Shown: positions 13,270 through 25,779 of the stretch, one piece after another
Layout of the letters: every line of letters starts with the position of its first letter
Numbering within the stretch: the first letter of the stretch is position 1
Assembly: GCA_030324005.1 (NCBI GenBank)
Contig: JARDVH010000149.1
Coordinates: forward strand, 25,229,587-25,293,586
Length of the DNA: 64,000 nt
Reading direction: 5' to 3'
DNA from: Negaprion brevirostris
Taxonomy: Eukaryota
Made by a program: the position numbers and the translations under genes
The notes under the pieces: generated by a model
What the model was told of the DNA's origin: nothing
Seen by the model: the letters and a program-made list of their open reading frames with translations, nothing else
The model's database searches: none

Positions 13270-16200
13270 CTGTTACCAATGCTTTCCCACTATGGTGACA
13301 ACTGGGGATCAAATATCCTTAACGCTGCAAAAATGCTGAAACAATCCAAGAGACCGGAAGACAAAAAGAAAATTTCAAAAAAGCTCCCACCAGAAGCTGA
13401 TGGCACACAGAAAATATGGCAGAAAATGCTCCAGAGAAAAGGCCTTGAAGCTGAAGGCAGAGATTTCATTGAATACTCCTTGGAATATTGAGCTTCAGAG
13501 CCTGCTGGTCCTGAGACCTGTTTCCGTAATTTATCAGAGGTAACATTGCAGGAAAACCTTAAACTAAAACCCAATTCCCCCAACACATGGCCTCCAAATT
13601 CGTGAAATAAGAAAAAGAATTAAATTATTTAAATTCTGACTGTCCAACCTGGAAATCTGCAAGCATAAATTTAAATTCAAATGTCTCGTTACTCGACATA
13701 GGAACAGCTGGCACAGTATTTGAAGGAACAGTTCGCACAGAGCTGATCCAGGTAGCCATTGCTGACTCTACATCGAGAAGAGCACAATTGCCATTTTGCA
13801 GAGCCCGCCAAAACCAACAATTGGGGAAAAAAATTCCTTCTGTCTTGGTGTCAAGGGTGATGCCATCTTGAAAGCCTGTGAGCTCTTAAAGTTTAAACGT
13901 TTTTAACATGAAGCACAATTCAATACTTCCAACTCAATTTGGACCAATCCAAGGCCCAGATCAGTCAAAAAAACTGGGGTTATTTGTTTGAAAAGTTTCC
14001 TGACAGCATTGCTTCAGACCCAAACCAAAGGTCTGCACCCTTGAAGTTAAAGATGATCTAACCATGGACAAGGCAATCCATATAGTTAGGCTGCTTAAAC
14101 TCTGTGAGCAGCGCAGGACAGTTATAAAAGGGGAGAATGTAACATGGGGCAGAAGCCAACCATCAGACCAGCTTAAACAGCCACAAAGACACAGGGACAG
14201 TCCAAGTCAGTGAAAGCAATTTCTGAACTGTCCAGCAGAGCAACCCTGCCACCACTGTGGTGCACAGCGCCCTCACAGAAGGAATTGTTTTCTGCAAGTA
14301 TAGCCCATGCTTCCACTGTAACAGGACGGGACAATGTGGCAAACCCTGGAAGTCAAATCCCTAGAAATGTGCAGAAGATGCAAAGGTAATCCATGAGGTC
14401 AAGATCGAAAACCCAGAAAAGTCATAGCCATGCTTCTTGGGTGAAGTCAAGAATTATGGTTTCTCATCTTGGGATGCAGCCATCAAATAAATCTTCAATT
14501 AGATTCAACTGCCAGCACAGCCATCCTGTTGGACAAAGAACCTTGGCTGGCAACTTAACAGCTGATGGCACCCATAGTGTCCCTGTCTTGGGCAGGAGGT
14601 TTGAGACTTCCAGTCAAGGGAACCCTGCAGGTGGCAGTGAGGTATAGGGCCAAAAAATTCAAGAGACTCTGTTCATCATCGACAACCAGCACCACTCTCT
14701 TTTAAGCTGCAATGCTTCTGTCAAACTGAATCACCTGCAAAAGCATGAGATCTGGTTCCTGTAATGACTTCAGTCAGGCCACAGAGGTTGGCCTACTGGA
14801 GTATAAACACCCTGATTAAGGATCCAATTGATGGGCCAACCAGGGAGCCTTTGCCTTGTACTTAACAGGGAGTGTTAGTTCCTCTAACACCCCTGGAGAA
14901 AATTGATAACACTCTGTGTAATGCTGTTAGAATTGTAAATAAAGGGAATTTGCTGAAGGGACTTCTGTCTCCACAGACTTATTACAGTTCCGAATACAAA
15001 AGTGGGTTTGCAGAGCTCTTTACAGGACTGTTTGAAAAATGAGTACAGGGTCATACAGAGAAACAATGCTAAATCAGTTTACCTTTACATTCAATGGAAT
15101 GTCCCCCATCCCCTCGTTAAAAAAAAGTACAGCAGCAGCTGGGAAATGTGGTGAAGGGTGGAATCATTTCTTCAGTTACGCAACCCACTGCATAATGCTG
15201 TGGGATGGTCCCAGTCCTAAAACCAAATGGGTGCCTATACATTTGCATTGACATGACCCAGTTTAACAAGACCATAGCCAGAGATTCATCCCATGTCCTT
15301 AGTGGAGGAAAGTTTGATTAACCTCTCAAAAGCACGGTGTTTTCAAAACTAGACACAAAAACAGTGGAGATGGTGGCATAATGCTAATGTTGCCAGATTA
15401 GTAATCTATACACCCAGGTTAATGCTCTGGGGGTAAGGTTCAAGTCCCACCACGACAGCTGGTGGTATTTATGTTCAATTAATAAAATATGGAATTGAAA
15501 ACTAGTCTCAATGATGGTGACCATGACAACTATCATCGATTGTTATTTAAAAACCCATCCGATTCACTAATGCCCTTTAGGGAAGGAAATCTGCTGTCCC
15601 TAACTGGTCTGGTCTACATGTGATGCCTAGCTCATTTCCTCTGAAATGGTCAAATTAGCCACTCAGTTCATGGGCAATTAGGAAAGGACTGAAAATGCTC
15701 ACATCCCATGAAATAATAAATAAATGCTGGCACCTTACCCTTGATAAGGACTCCCAGCCTCCAACCACATTTATTACCTGCTTTGGCAGATTCTATCACC
15801 ACTGCCTTCCCTTTGGGATCATGTCAGAAATATTCGAATGCATAGTGTCAGACATTTTGCAGGTCCTTCAGGGAGTCATGTACCACGTAGACAATGTCTT
15901 GGTTCATGGGGCAACAGCGAAAGAGCACTATGAAAGGCTTACAGCAGATCTTGGATCGATTGCAGGAAGCAGGGCTGACACTGAATGATGAATTAAATTT
16001 TTCAAAAAGTCCATTCAGTTCATCGTCAACAACAAAGGCACCCTGGTTGACAAACAAAAAACAATGGCTATCAGTCAGTTCTCTATCTCTTCCTCAGTCC
16101 CTGACCCCCATCATCTCCTGGGGATAGTGAACCAGCAGGCATAGTTCTTGCCTAATTTGGCACAGGTCACAGAGCCTCTGGGATAGCTGCTCAAGAAAGA

Positions 16201-16800
16201 CAAAGCATGGTACTGGGAACACATTGTAAGAACAAGCAGTCCCTCGCATCAAGGTGATGCTGCTCTCCACTGATATACTGGTCCATTACGATCTAACCCT
16301 GGCTACCACCATAGCAGGAGCTGCTTCATCCACAGGCCTTGGGACAGTCCTCTTTCAGGAGCAACTGAATGGAAGTCAGCACCTGTCCCCTACGCTTCCA
16401 GAGGGTTGCTGAACAGAGACAAGATGCAGCCATCGTAGAAAAGGAAGTCCTCGTGTTCACACAGGCACACGAGAAATTTTCCAACCTCAAGGTCACTATT
16501 GAGATAGACCATAAACCACTGGGTTTCTTATTGGATGAGAAAAAGATTGCAAAGATCCCCTGCAGGATCCAGAAGTTTCACTTGCACCTTATGTGATCCT
16601 TCTACGAGACTGTGTATGTCCAAGGAAAAATACCTGATAATGGCAGACATACTTTTGAGGGCCGTGGTGAGCCTCCCACAAAAGAGGATGTCAGCTTCAG
16701 TGCAGAAGCGGAGGCCTGCTCCCGAGCAACAAGCAGACGCCTGCCTGCAACCACAGCTGGATTCCAACGCTAAGAAAACGGGCAAGATTTACTCCCCTTT
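13270..16800 (+). mobile_element. Decayed Gypsy/Ty3 LTR retrotransposon internal region (gag zinc knuckles, RT, RNase H); integrase and 3' LTR not seen
   Basis: Knuckle-like CHHCG…CFHCNRTG at ~14245-14350. RT motifs VFSKLD, W.LTLDKDSQ..TTFITCFGRF….LPFGI and YHVDNVLVHG (degenerate YxDD) at 15250-15990. RNase H EKE.L….EKF…VTIEIDHKPL at 16369-16596. Many frameshifts. PBS-like TGGTGACA at ~13293, possible 5' LTR at ~12950-13265. Confidence 0.85.
15362..15722 (+). mobile_element. tRNA-headed SINE (Meta-SINE-like core) inserted in the Gypsy RT
   Basis: A/B-box-like head (ggtggcataatg…ggttcaagtccc), core ttcactaatgccctttagggaaggaaatctgc, tail cacatcccatgaaataataaa. It splits the RT between KLD and WHLTLD. 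Confidence 0.75.
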
Positions 16801-17989
16801 TCTCACGTGTTGGGAACTTTGAATTTTTTTAGGAGAATTTCAGGCACGGTCTGTAACCAACACTCTCCCAACAACCATCTATATAAATACTGAATAATCT
16901 CAGCGTGTTATATATCTGTAATTTATTGATATATACAAATCATTGCTTGTATATTGCCTGTTCAGTCCATCGGTGAACATCTGTGAGTATAACATTTCAT
17001 CACTGTGTAAATAAGCATATGTCAGTAATAAAGAAAGTGTTTACTTTTATTGCAACATCCTTGTTGTCAGCATGGACAAAAAGTTTGGTCCTTAATAATT
17101 AAGCCAACTGGCTCTCTGCCACATGTGAAATTACAATCTTGCCTCCCTTCCCTATGGACTCGAGTCTGCATCCAAGAATCATTTAATGCAATGTTCTAAA
17201 CATTGTTGCAAAGGGAAAGGAACAGAGCTGCAATTCATCTTAGTTTAGACTTCCAATAAGTGCAGCAGTTGACTCGGACTGAAGCTTTCTTTCATTCTTA
17301 ATACAAGGGGAAAATTTCAACCATGTGTTTCCCATTTTCAGATTAGCCAGTTGCCCTCGGCAGACGCTGCGCCACACTTGCATGCAAATCTGATTAGTGC
17401 CAATGCTCTATGGAGAACATTTTAAAACAAACGCCCAACATCTCGATATGCCAGCCACACTGATGGTTGCTTGTTATCTTTTGGAGCACTCAGTAAAATG
17501 TTCCATGAAAACATATTGGAGTAAAGTTGTTCTCATGCAGTGGCGAGAAACTGGTGCTTTCAGATCAACTGTCCATTATATGCAGCTTTCGCTATTTAAT
17601 TCCATTCACTGCAACAGAACTGAATATGAGACACTGTCCCAAAGAGGCGCCTATCCCAAACTCACCCATTTTGCTCTTTCGTTCCCAGATGAATTTTGAC
17701 CCAGTCTCTCAACTTGAGATGGAGAAAGTAATCGCAGCGAGACTCCTGCTGTTTCAACATAGGCTCCTAGAGTTGTGACAACTCTGATCTACTGAAAAAA
17801 ATGACTGAAAGAAATATAAGATTGAATAGATTTTCTTCAGAAAACCACTTGTTACTTCGGAACATTTCAATTTGCCAAATGCCTGATCGAGTATAAATAA
17901 AACTGGGGCAACATTGACGAATTTTCGCAAAGGATTAGGATTTTAAAAAGTCTTGATGTAAAATCGGAAGAACTGTACCTGAATTTTAT

Positions 17990-18082
17990 ATTTATTCCGA
18001 TGGTTAAAAAGGATCGTAGGAGGAGAGGTAATCAGCCGTGGATAACGAAGGAGGTAAAGGAAAGTGTTAAATTAAAAGCGGA
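17990..18082 (+). mobile_element. CR1 ORF2 fragment running into a gap
   Basis: VKKDRRRRGNQPWITKEVKESVKLK contains the CR1 PW.T..IK motif. Confidence 0.7.
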
Positions 18083-18302
18083 NNNNNNNNNNNNNNNNNN
18101 NNNNNNNNNNNNNNNNNNNNNNNNNNNNNNNNNNNNNNNNNNNNNNNNNNNNNNNNNNNNNNNNNNNNNNNNNNNNNNNNNNNNNNNNNNNNNNNNNNNN
18201 NNNNNNNNNNNNNNNNNNNNNNNNNNNNNNNNNNNNNNNNNNNNNNNNNNNNNNNNNNNNNNNNNNNNNNNNNNNNNNNNNNNNNNNNNNNNNNNNNNNN
18301 NC

Positions 18303-18595
18303 ACAGCAAATGATGGAAATTAAATTCAATTAATAATCTGGAATTGAAAAGTTAGCCTCAGGAATGTTATTGTCAAATATTGTAAAACTCATCTGGTTCA
18401 CAAATGTTCTTTGGGGAAGGAAATCTGCTTTTCTTACCTGGTCTGCCCTAATATGAGTCCAGATCCACAGCAATGTGGTTGTCTCTTAAATAGCCTCTCA
18501 AACAATTTGTCAAGCCACTAGATTCAAAGGAAATTAGGGATGGACAACAAATGCTGGCTTTGCCAGTGACCCTCAGATCTCGTTAAAGATCTTTT
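18303..18595 (+). mobile_element. Same SINE family (Meta-SINE-like core), 5' part in gap
   Basis: catctggttcacaaatgttctttggggaaggaaatctgc…gcaatgtggtt…aattagggatggacaacaaatgctggc. Confidence 0.7.
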
Positions 18596-19839
18596 TTTAA
18601 TTGTGGAAAAGAGTACATGTGTAGGAACAGAGACAATAAAACCCAGAAGTCCAGGATAAAAAGAGATATAGTCGACTCCCATTATTCACAACCCGTGTAT
18701 GTACACCAAATTGCAGTTCATACATAGGAACATATGTAGAAAATAGAAGCAGGCGTAGGCCATTTGGCCCTTCAAGCCTACTCCGCCATTCATTTTCATC
18801 ATAGCTGATCATCAAATTCAAGTGTCCCCAAAACTTTGCTCATCCATGATTTAGACTCTCGCATTAAGCTATTAGACTGTTAAACTCCCATCTTTCCAAG
18901 TCTGTCCCATGTAGAAGATACACACTGAGTATGCACCTCTTCATCATTTGCAATTTCATCCATTGTGAGATCTCACAGGAATGGAAAATCCACAATCAAC
19001 AGGAGTTGACAATATTGCTCATTTACAAAAAGGTGCCAGATTTTACTCTTTTGGAAAACTATTATAACTTATTTACAAATGCTTTGAAAATCTCAGTTTC
19101 ATGCACTGTGTTACACACTAATGTATTTCTGGCCACAATCTTCACAGCAGAAATAGAGGAGGAAGTGGCTGGTCCCATTTATCATAGACTGATTACAGCA
19201 ACAGGATGAAAAGTTTATCTCTTTGGAGTCTGTATTGAGTTAAGGGAGAATAAAGAATCTGTTCGTGTTTAAGAAGTAGATTACCAGCCATTGAATAATG
19301 GGAAATGAATTGAGCAATAGATTTGTCGGGAATTCAGAGGTTTGTAGTGGAACGAGTCACAATAAGGGATGACTTTAATTATCGAATTGTGGTCTGGGAT
19401 AAAACATACTTTTGGCAGTCAAAATGAGAAGAGGTTCTGACAAAACATTAGGACCGTTTTTGTAATTGGTTTTCTGCCAGTCCAACAAAGAAAGATGTTT
19501 GGGTCAGATCATCATTGGGTAACAAAGCAGGAGAAATTTCTTGAAGGCGGCTAAGAAAATACTAACTTAAACATGATTAGGTTAAGATTGAAAACAGATA
19601 TCATCTTAAATTGGATTGGCTATTTCCATGGAATTGAAAAGGGGCTTAATCCAAACTATTGTTTGGAAAGCATTACAGAAAAATAAACTGTGGGCCAGCA
19701 ACAGGTGATAGCTTAATGTGAAATAGATAAAGTATAGATGGTATTCCACAATGGCTTCAATATTCATATAGTGCCATGAATGTAAGAAGATGTGCCAGTG
19801 TGTTTCACAGGACAAGTAGAAACCATAATTTCACATTAA

Positions 19840-20085
19840 CCACATAATCAGACATTAGTGCAGATGACTAAAAGCTTGGTCAAAGGGGGAGATCTTAAGG
19901 AGTGTATTAGAGGAACTTGCCAAGGTAGGAAGGTGGAGAGATTTATGGAGGGAATTCCAGAGCTCAGGGTCTTGACAAATGAAGGCAAGACCACCAATAG
20001 TGGAGCAATCAAAATTGGGGATGCTCAGGATGCCACAATTAAAGGAGTGCAGAGATCTTGAAAGGCTGTGTAGTTGGAATTCAGG
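19840..20085 (-). mobile_element. L2 LINE 3' fragment
   Basis: RSLHSFNCGILSIP…TIGGLAF…PELWNSL…LLK..PFDQAF is the L2 ORF2 C-terminus. Confidence 0.75.
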
Positions 20086-21789
20086 AAAAAAAAAGCAAGA
20101 ATCAAAAATGGAGTTGCACATTTATATATAGGGACAACAATGAATGTAAATCAAAAATATGATGTTGAGTTTGTGTAAAACATTGGTTAGTCTCCAGTTG
20201 NNNNNNNNNNTTGTGTGCCGTATATCACCTCGTTGTTTTTCACCAATGAAAAGATACCATGAGGGTTCTGTTGAATTATACCAGGAGGGAGAGGTTATAG
20301 TTCTGAAGGAAGGCTCCAAAGTGAAGCATTCATCACTACAGCAATGCAGGCTGTGGGAGAACCAAGCAGATTTTTCCAAAATTATGAAAGGTCTTAGATG
20401 TTATGAATGAAAGACTATTTTCATTGACTGATAGACAAAGGAGCAGAAATGCAATGTTATCACAAATAAATGAAGAACTTGCATTTATCTTTGATCTTTC
20501 ATAACCTCTGGACATCACCAAGCACTTCAAGAAAAGAGGGCTTCCAAAGAATTTATCACACGGAGATCAAATAACCATGTGGCTATTAAGGCAGACACTA
20601 ATGCTATTTAAAAAGGATTGGATGAATGTTAGAGCATGGAAAAATATAAAAAGAATCTACAAAGGTGAGAGCAATAAAATTGAACAGATAGCTTTCAGTT
20701 AAGGAGTTTGCTGCACTGGCTAGGCTGTCTGCATTTCAGCTTCAATTTTGATAGCCACTGCAGAAAGTGCAGCTTCTCTATTTGTTATATTCTGCTATAA
20801 GTGGGCAACTTCCAGCAGTTTCAGTTGAGGGCTTGTTTCACTGCTTGCTACTTTAAGCTACTGCTGAATGCATTGCCTGCTGAAAGGACAGCAAATTGCA
20901 ATGACTGTGATGTTTTTCCTCCGAAAGTTACAAAGTCAATTCCTGGACCCAAACATTGGCATTATTAGCAGGTAAGTTGAGCATTGTGGACAATAATTGG
21001 GAAAATGTAAATTTGGGAAAGTTCTGAGCAGCTTTGATTGCTGTAAATAGTCTTTTGTTCTTTTAAATTCAACATATTAGGAATAATGTCACTTATTCCT
21101 AATGGTATCATGAGACTTCCTGGCACCCGGTCAAACCACTGTATTTTTTTTGCCTTTGCCACAAGCACGGATTGTTCACTGGTCCCTTCTGTGGATTGTA
21201 TCTGCTAGTTGGGTCTTTAAAAGGAGCAGCTTTGTGTTCTTGAATGAACTGTATGTCACATCCTTCAGAGGAATAGAAACAGTGAACAGTATACTTTTTG
21301 TAATGTTTACAGGATGTGCTATGGTCTGCAGTCACATTAAAGCAGTCAGCAGAAGTGAATCAAACACTTTGCAGCATATGCTGAGGCAGCTGAAATTCAA
21401 CAAGCAATTTGACGACAATTTGCTTTAAAACTTTGTTCCTTGGTAGCGACTGTCATTTGGGAGAATCTGACACAATGAATATTTATTCAGCGTGTGACAT
21501 TTGGAACAATTTTAAAACATTTCAAGCAAGAAGTAGCATTGCTAAATTTTATTTCAGCACTTGCACCTTCTTACAGTGCCCATCATGTGGTGGATTTAAA
21601 GGGAGCTTCAATCAGCATGATAANNNNNNNTACCTATGTTAGTATTCCAAAACGTTCGTGTTTCATGGTAATTTCCAATTAATTAAATAAGTTACAGCCA
21701 TTTTAAGCCACTTTACTCGAGATTCTCAACTCTAAAAGAGGATTTAGTTGGGTAGTGCAATTGCAAGGTGGCAAAATAAAGAACTGGCA

Positions 21790-22370
21790 CTTTTCCGAAC
21801 AACTTTCACAAGCTGAGGTCCGTTGCACAGCACTTTACAGCCAGCAAAATACTTCTAAAGTGTGGCCTCTTTTAAATTTTTTTATTTAAAAAAAAATTCA
21901 AATTAAATCCAATTTATGGCCCCCACAGGAGAGACAAACTAGATTTAAACCGACAGGATAAGGCATTGCACCCCATCTTGGGCTTGATCTAATGCTTCAT
22001 CTTAGCCAAAAGGTCGAGATGGCTTTGAAAAATTGCATGAAGCGACGCTTTAGTTGAACCTCGTAGGATACCCTGATCATGGACTCTCCCCTAGCTTCGG
22101 ATATCAAGCTGCCCGATCATTGACTCTCCTCTGCCAGGTAAGTATGTGGCCACTATTGTAATGTAGGAAACTTGGCAGCAAATTTGTCCACACCAAGTTC
22201 CTACAAACAATAGTGAGATAATGATCAAATCGTCATCTTGTGGTAATGTTGATTGAGGAATAAATATTGGCCAGGATGCCAGAGAGAATTCCCCTGATCC
22301 TCTTCAAAATTGTGCTTGTGGAATCTTCCTGAGAGGACAGATGGTTTAACATCTTGACTGAAAGACAAAG
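21790..22370 (-). mobile_element. DeuSINE-like (SacSINE1-type) element, split by the U1/U2 element
   Basis: cactttacagcc…tacttctaaagtgtggcc | actattgtaatgtaggaaac…gttgattgaggaataaatattggccagg…gtttaacatc…gaaagac follows the recalled Deu-domain SINE consensus once the insert is removed. Confidence 0.7.
21868..22145 (-). mobile_element. U1/U1/U2 snRNA-headed retroposon (SINEU-like chimeric SINE) with A-rich tail and 6-7 bp TSD
   Basis: Minus strand begins ATACTTACCTGGCAGAGGAGAGTCAATGATC (U1 nt 1-31; 22115-22145). A second U1 piece AGGGGAGAGTCCATGATCA lies at 22074-22092. U2-like TCTCGACCTTTTGGCTAAGATGAAG (21995-22019) matches U2 nt 7-31 at 23/25. Ends …TTTAAATAAAAAAATTTAAAAGA. Flanked by GTGGCC at 21862-21867 and 22146-22151, interrupting an older DeuSINE. 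Confidence 0.85.
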
Positions 22371-25300
22371 TTAAATTCACAACCAATCTATCTGCAGCAT
22401 TCCCAATTGTGCAGGATCTTTATACAATGGGTATTTTTTTTCTACAACTGCGGATAATCTGCTAAGCATATTTTGGTAAACATTGTTTAGCTTAGGCAAG
22501 AGACAAAGCTAATAGATTCACTAATTATTTCCAGTTCTCAAAAAAGATCAACATTTGAAATGTTGATTCCTCTAATCTTTCCACAGATGCTGAGCGACGT
22601 GCTCAGCATTTGCAACATTTTGTTTACTTTTCATGTCTCTTATCAATTGTTTGTCATCGTCTGATTACAAATGTGACAATATGTGCAATTGCAGCAAGCA
22701 CGGGGCAGAATGGTGACACAAATGGTCAGTTTATGGAACTCTACCTTGGATGAGGCAGAGATTCCCAATGGTATTTGCAACCTTTTGCTGATTGGACTTT
22801 TGGTTATATATTGTCCCCCGCCTGGAAAGGAAATAGTAGTTTACATTTCTCACACTGTCTGATGGCATTTCCTTCTTGTTGCAATTTTATTGTGATCATG
22901 CACTCCAAAATACATTTGACTTGATGCATTAATTAGACGTCCTGTACCTTGGGGACTGAACAAACATCAAATGCCCAGAGCTGTAGGTAACACATAAGCA
23001 GAACAAAAGCTTGCCCTACTACACTGATGAGGCCAATTAAGAGAATAGAAATTGAAGTAATCAACTGAAAGGAAGTATGTTTTAAAAAAAAAGGAGATCC
23101 ACAGTCTATATAGATGGTGGGGGGAAAGTGATGGAGTAGAGAGTTTTAAACGGTGGAGGTAAATTGAGTGAGTGGTCAACTGTTCAATTTGTACTTAAAG
23201 CTGCTATTCAGTGCATATGTAAGGACATGCACATTCATAGTTGAAATATCACAAATAAACTTCAAAAATTATGTTAAATACCCTTTGGAATTAACAGAAT
23301 GAGAAAATAACATTTTGCATTAATTTTTCAGGACCAGAGAGGTTCTTCAGGTGTAGATGTGATCTTACACTGTTTAAAAACCTCATTTAACAATTAAACA
23401 TTTTCAGGGGCTTTTTTTAAGTATAACTTCAATATTACAGTTTAACAGAGGAAACTCTCATCAGTTTGGTGTTCTCCATTGATATGCACTTGGAGTTTTC
23501 AGCACATCCTTTGGAGAAGCATAGAATCACTGCTGGTACTTTATAGATTGTGATTGTTCAATTCTGTATGTGCAGACTCCAGAAGTTGCTGTCAGTTTCA
23601 GGGGAGCACTAACATTGAATGCTGACAGTTTCAATATCATTACCATCGCAAAACATGGGGCTTCCTTCCCTCAAAACAATTGATGCAGCCTGGGGCTCAG
23701 CTACAGTGAGCTTTGCCTGTTCTCCAAGCAGCTTTTAAAAATCCACAGAACTTCAAAGTGTGAAATGTTCATGCCATGTTCCATCATCAAGCTGTCATCC
23801 ACAAACTTATTTTGCTCACTGCTTTCATTCGGACCGTCAGACTCTACACATCAATCAATCAGAGTGCATCCCCCTCTTTTGATTCTGCTGTGTATCCAGC
23901 AGTCAGGAACCGAGTTGTCTTTTTATCTTTTTTGTCAGAATGAATTATAGATGCAAGCCCCTGCAGCATGAATATGCGAGGATCATGCTCAGAGCACCAG
24001 TGCCTGGTACATTAGTCGATTATGAATGACATATTTTATGGAATATGTATAACAAGACAAATTCTACAATAACAACATTTATAATGTAATATTTAAATTA
24101 ACATCTGAAGAAACTATGAAGGAGGCAATTAAGAATCACATTGTCTTCATTAAACAGCTAAGCTCTGCCACACGGAATATCTGAATGTTTAACTCACAGC
24201 ATTAACCAAGAGACTTCAAATGTCCTGCTTACTCTACCCTCTCAGTGTGGGAACAGGATGTGTTCTGTAATTATGTATCTTCTCATAAAAATGATTCATG
24301 GTGCTACAGATTTCATTGTTTATCACTGCGATGGTTCTTACTTGAAACCTTAGGGAAACTGTGACTTCAAAATGGAAATATTACTGATAGTTCATTAAGG
24401 GACAAATGTTATTGATTCCCCGACTCAGACATTTGACCAGATACAGGGAGGAGTGGAATAGGTGCTTGTAGCAACTGTGGATCCCCTGGAAGGTCTAACA
24501 AATTTAATGGCAAGCCAGTCGCACTGAAAGGCTGGATGCTGGAATACAAGAAGGTAGCACCAGGCAAGGAGGGAGGAACTTCAAGGGCTGAGGAGGACTT
24601 TGGGTGGATGCAACATATTGAATGGAAGGGTTGATTGATCGTGGGGAGGAGGCTTGGTTCAATAATTGACAGGAAGTATACCAGTTCCTGCTGGCCCACA
24701 AGAGGTACTAGTAAGGCACTTAACTGCTGGATTTGAATCTTCTTGCCTTGGCTCAGCTGGACTCAGGAATCCTGGTCAACAAGAGTTAAAAATAAACTTG
24801 AGGTTGTATATGAGTTCTGCAACCTCATTACAATATCTTAAGTCATAGATCTGCCTCTGAAGAATTGATTACTTGTCTGTCCCCAGAGCAACTCAGTTAG
24901 AACTAGAGGCCACATTGGAGGCTCTCTGTGCTCAGCTTTCAGATTTTTCAAGTTTTACACCTCATCTATATTGAGAGTTAACATATTCACCCCCCTCGCT
25001 GAATTAGTTCCAACTGCAATTTCTGCTGATGAATTTACAGTATCTTTTTTCAAAAAATTAGAAAAGTTAGTTGATGATAAATCCTATCACAGGATCCCTT
25101 TGGATATATAACAACAAAGATTCATTTTACACATTAAACAGTGGACCATAATTCCTTGGCATAGCAAACGGTGGTAGACTGCTACTCTGTGCTGACTATC
25201 TGTGCTTAGATTCTTAAGTACCTGACTTGCCCATCCTTCCTGACTCAGGGTGGGTGAGATTCAGACAGCGCAGGGCACCCCTAACTCCAGGAATGAAGTG

Positions 25301-25746
25301 CAAATGAATTAGACCAAAAAGTGACATTTCCTGTTTTTATCTAGTTAATGTAAAGCAGGTGAGTTTAAATTTTGCATTGTATCAGGCCAGGGAGAAGGTA
25401 AGTGTCTATGCGATGTGGGGTTCAGATATCATGAGGGGAGTTGGATATGGGGGGNNNNNNNNNNNNNNNNNNNNNNNNNNNNNNNNNNNNNNNNNNNNNN
25501 NNNNNNNNNNNNNNNNNNNNNNNNNNNNNNNNNNNNNNNNNNNNNNNNNNNNNNTGTATTCAGTGTTCTGACCAATGGAATCAAGCATACTGAATGTTTG
25601 AATCATAGAATTCAGTTGGAACCGACTGAGGATGGGGTGGAGGGGCTTGTGTGTGCATGGCTGTCCTGTGCGAAGCCAGGTCTGGGTGTTTAAGTGGGTA
25701 TGTTGGCATCAGAAGTGTTTTTTTTTCCGTTCTAACTCGTTCAAAG

Positions 25747-25779
25747 TAACTATCAGGATAATAGTTATCCTGATAGTTA
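25747..25779. repeat. Perfect 15-bp inverted repeat with 3-nt loop
   Basis: taactatcaggataa-tag-ttatcctgatagtta. Confidence 0.95.

Noticed and set aside
21150-21428. 92-aa ORF after a pyrimidine tract
   Set aside because: Non-ATG start, no recognisable domain, consistent with a random ORF.
22115-22145. Functional U1 snRNA gene (and U2 gene at 21995-22019)
   Set aside because: Only 31 and 25 nt match. There is no Sm site, remaining stem-loops or promoter, and the pieces lie inside a TSD-flanked insert.
22670-22720. CDNMCNCSKHG motif resembling the start of the preceding MEGF9 exon
   Set aside because: In-frame stop follows immediately, with no acceptor and no further Cys pattern.
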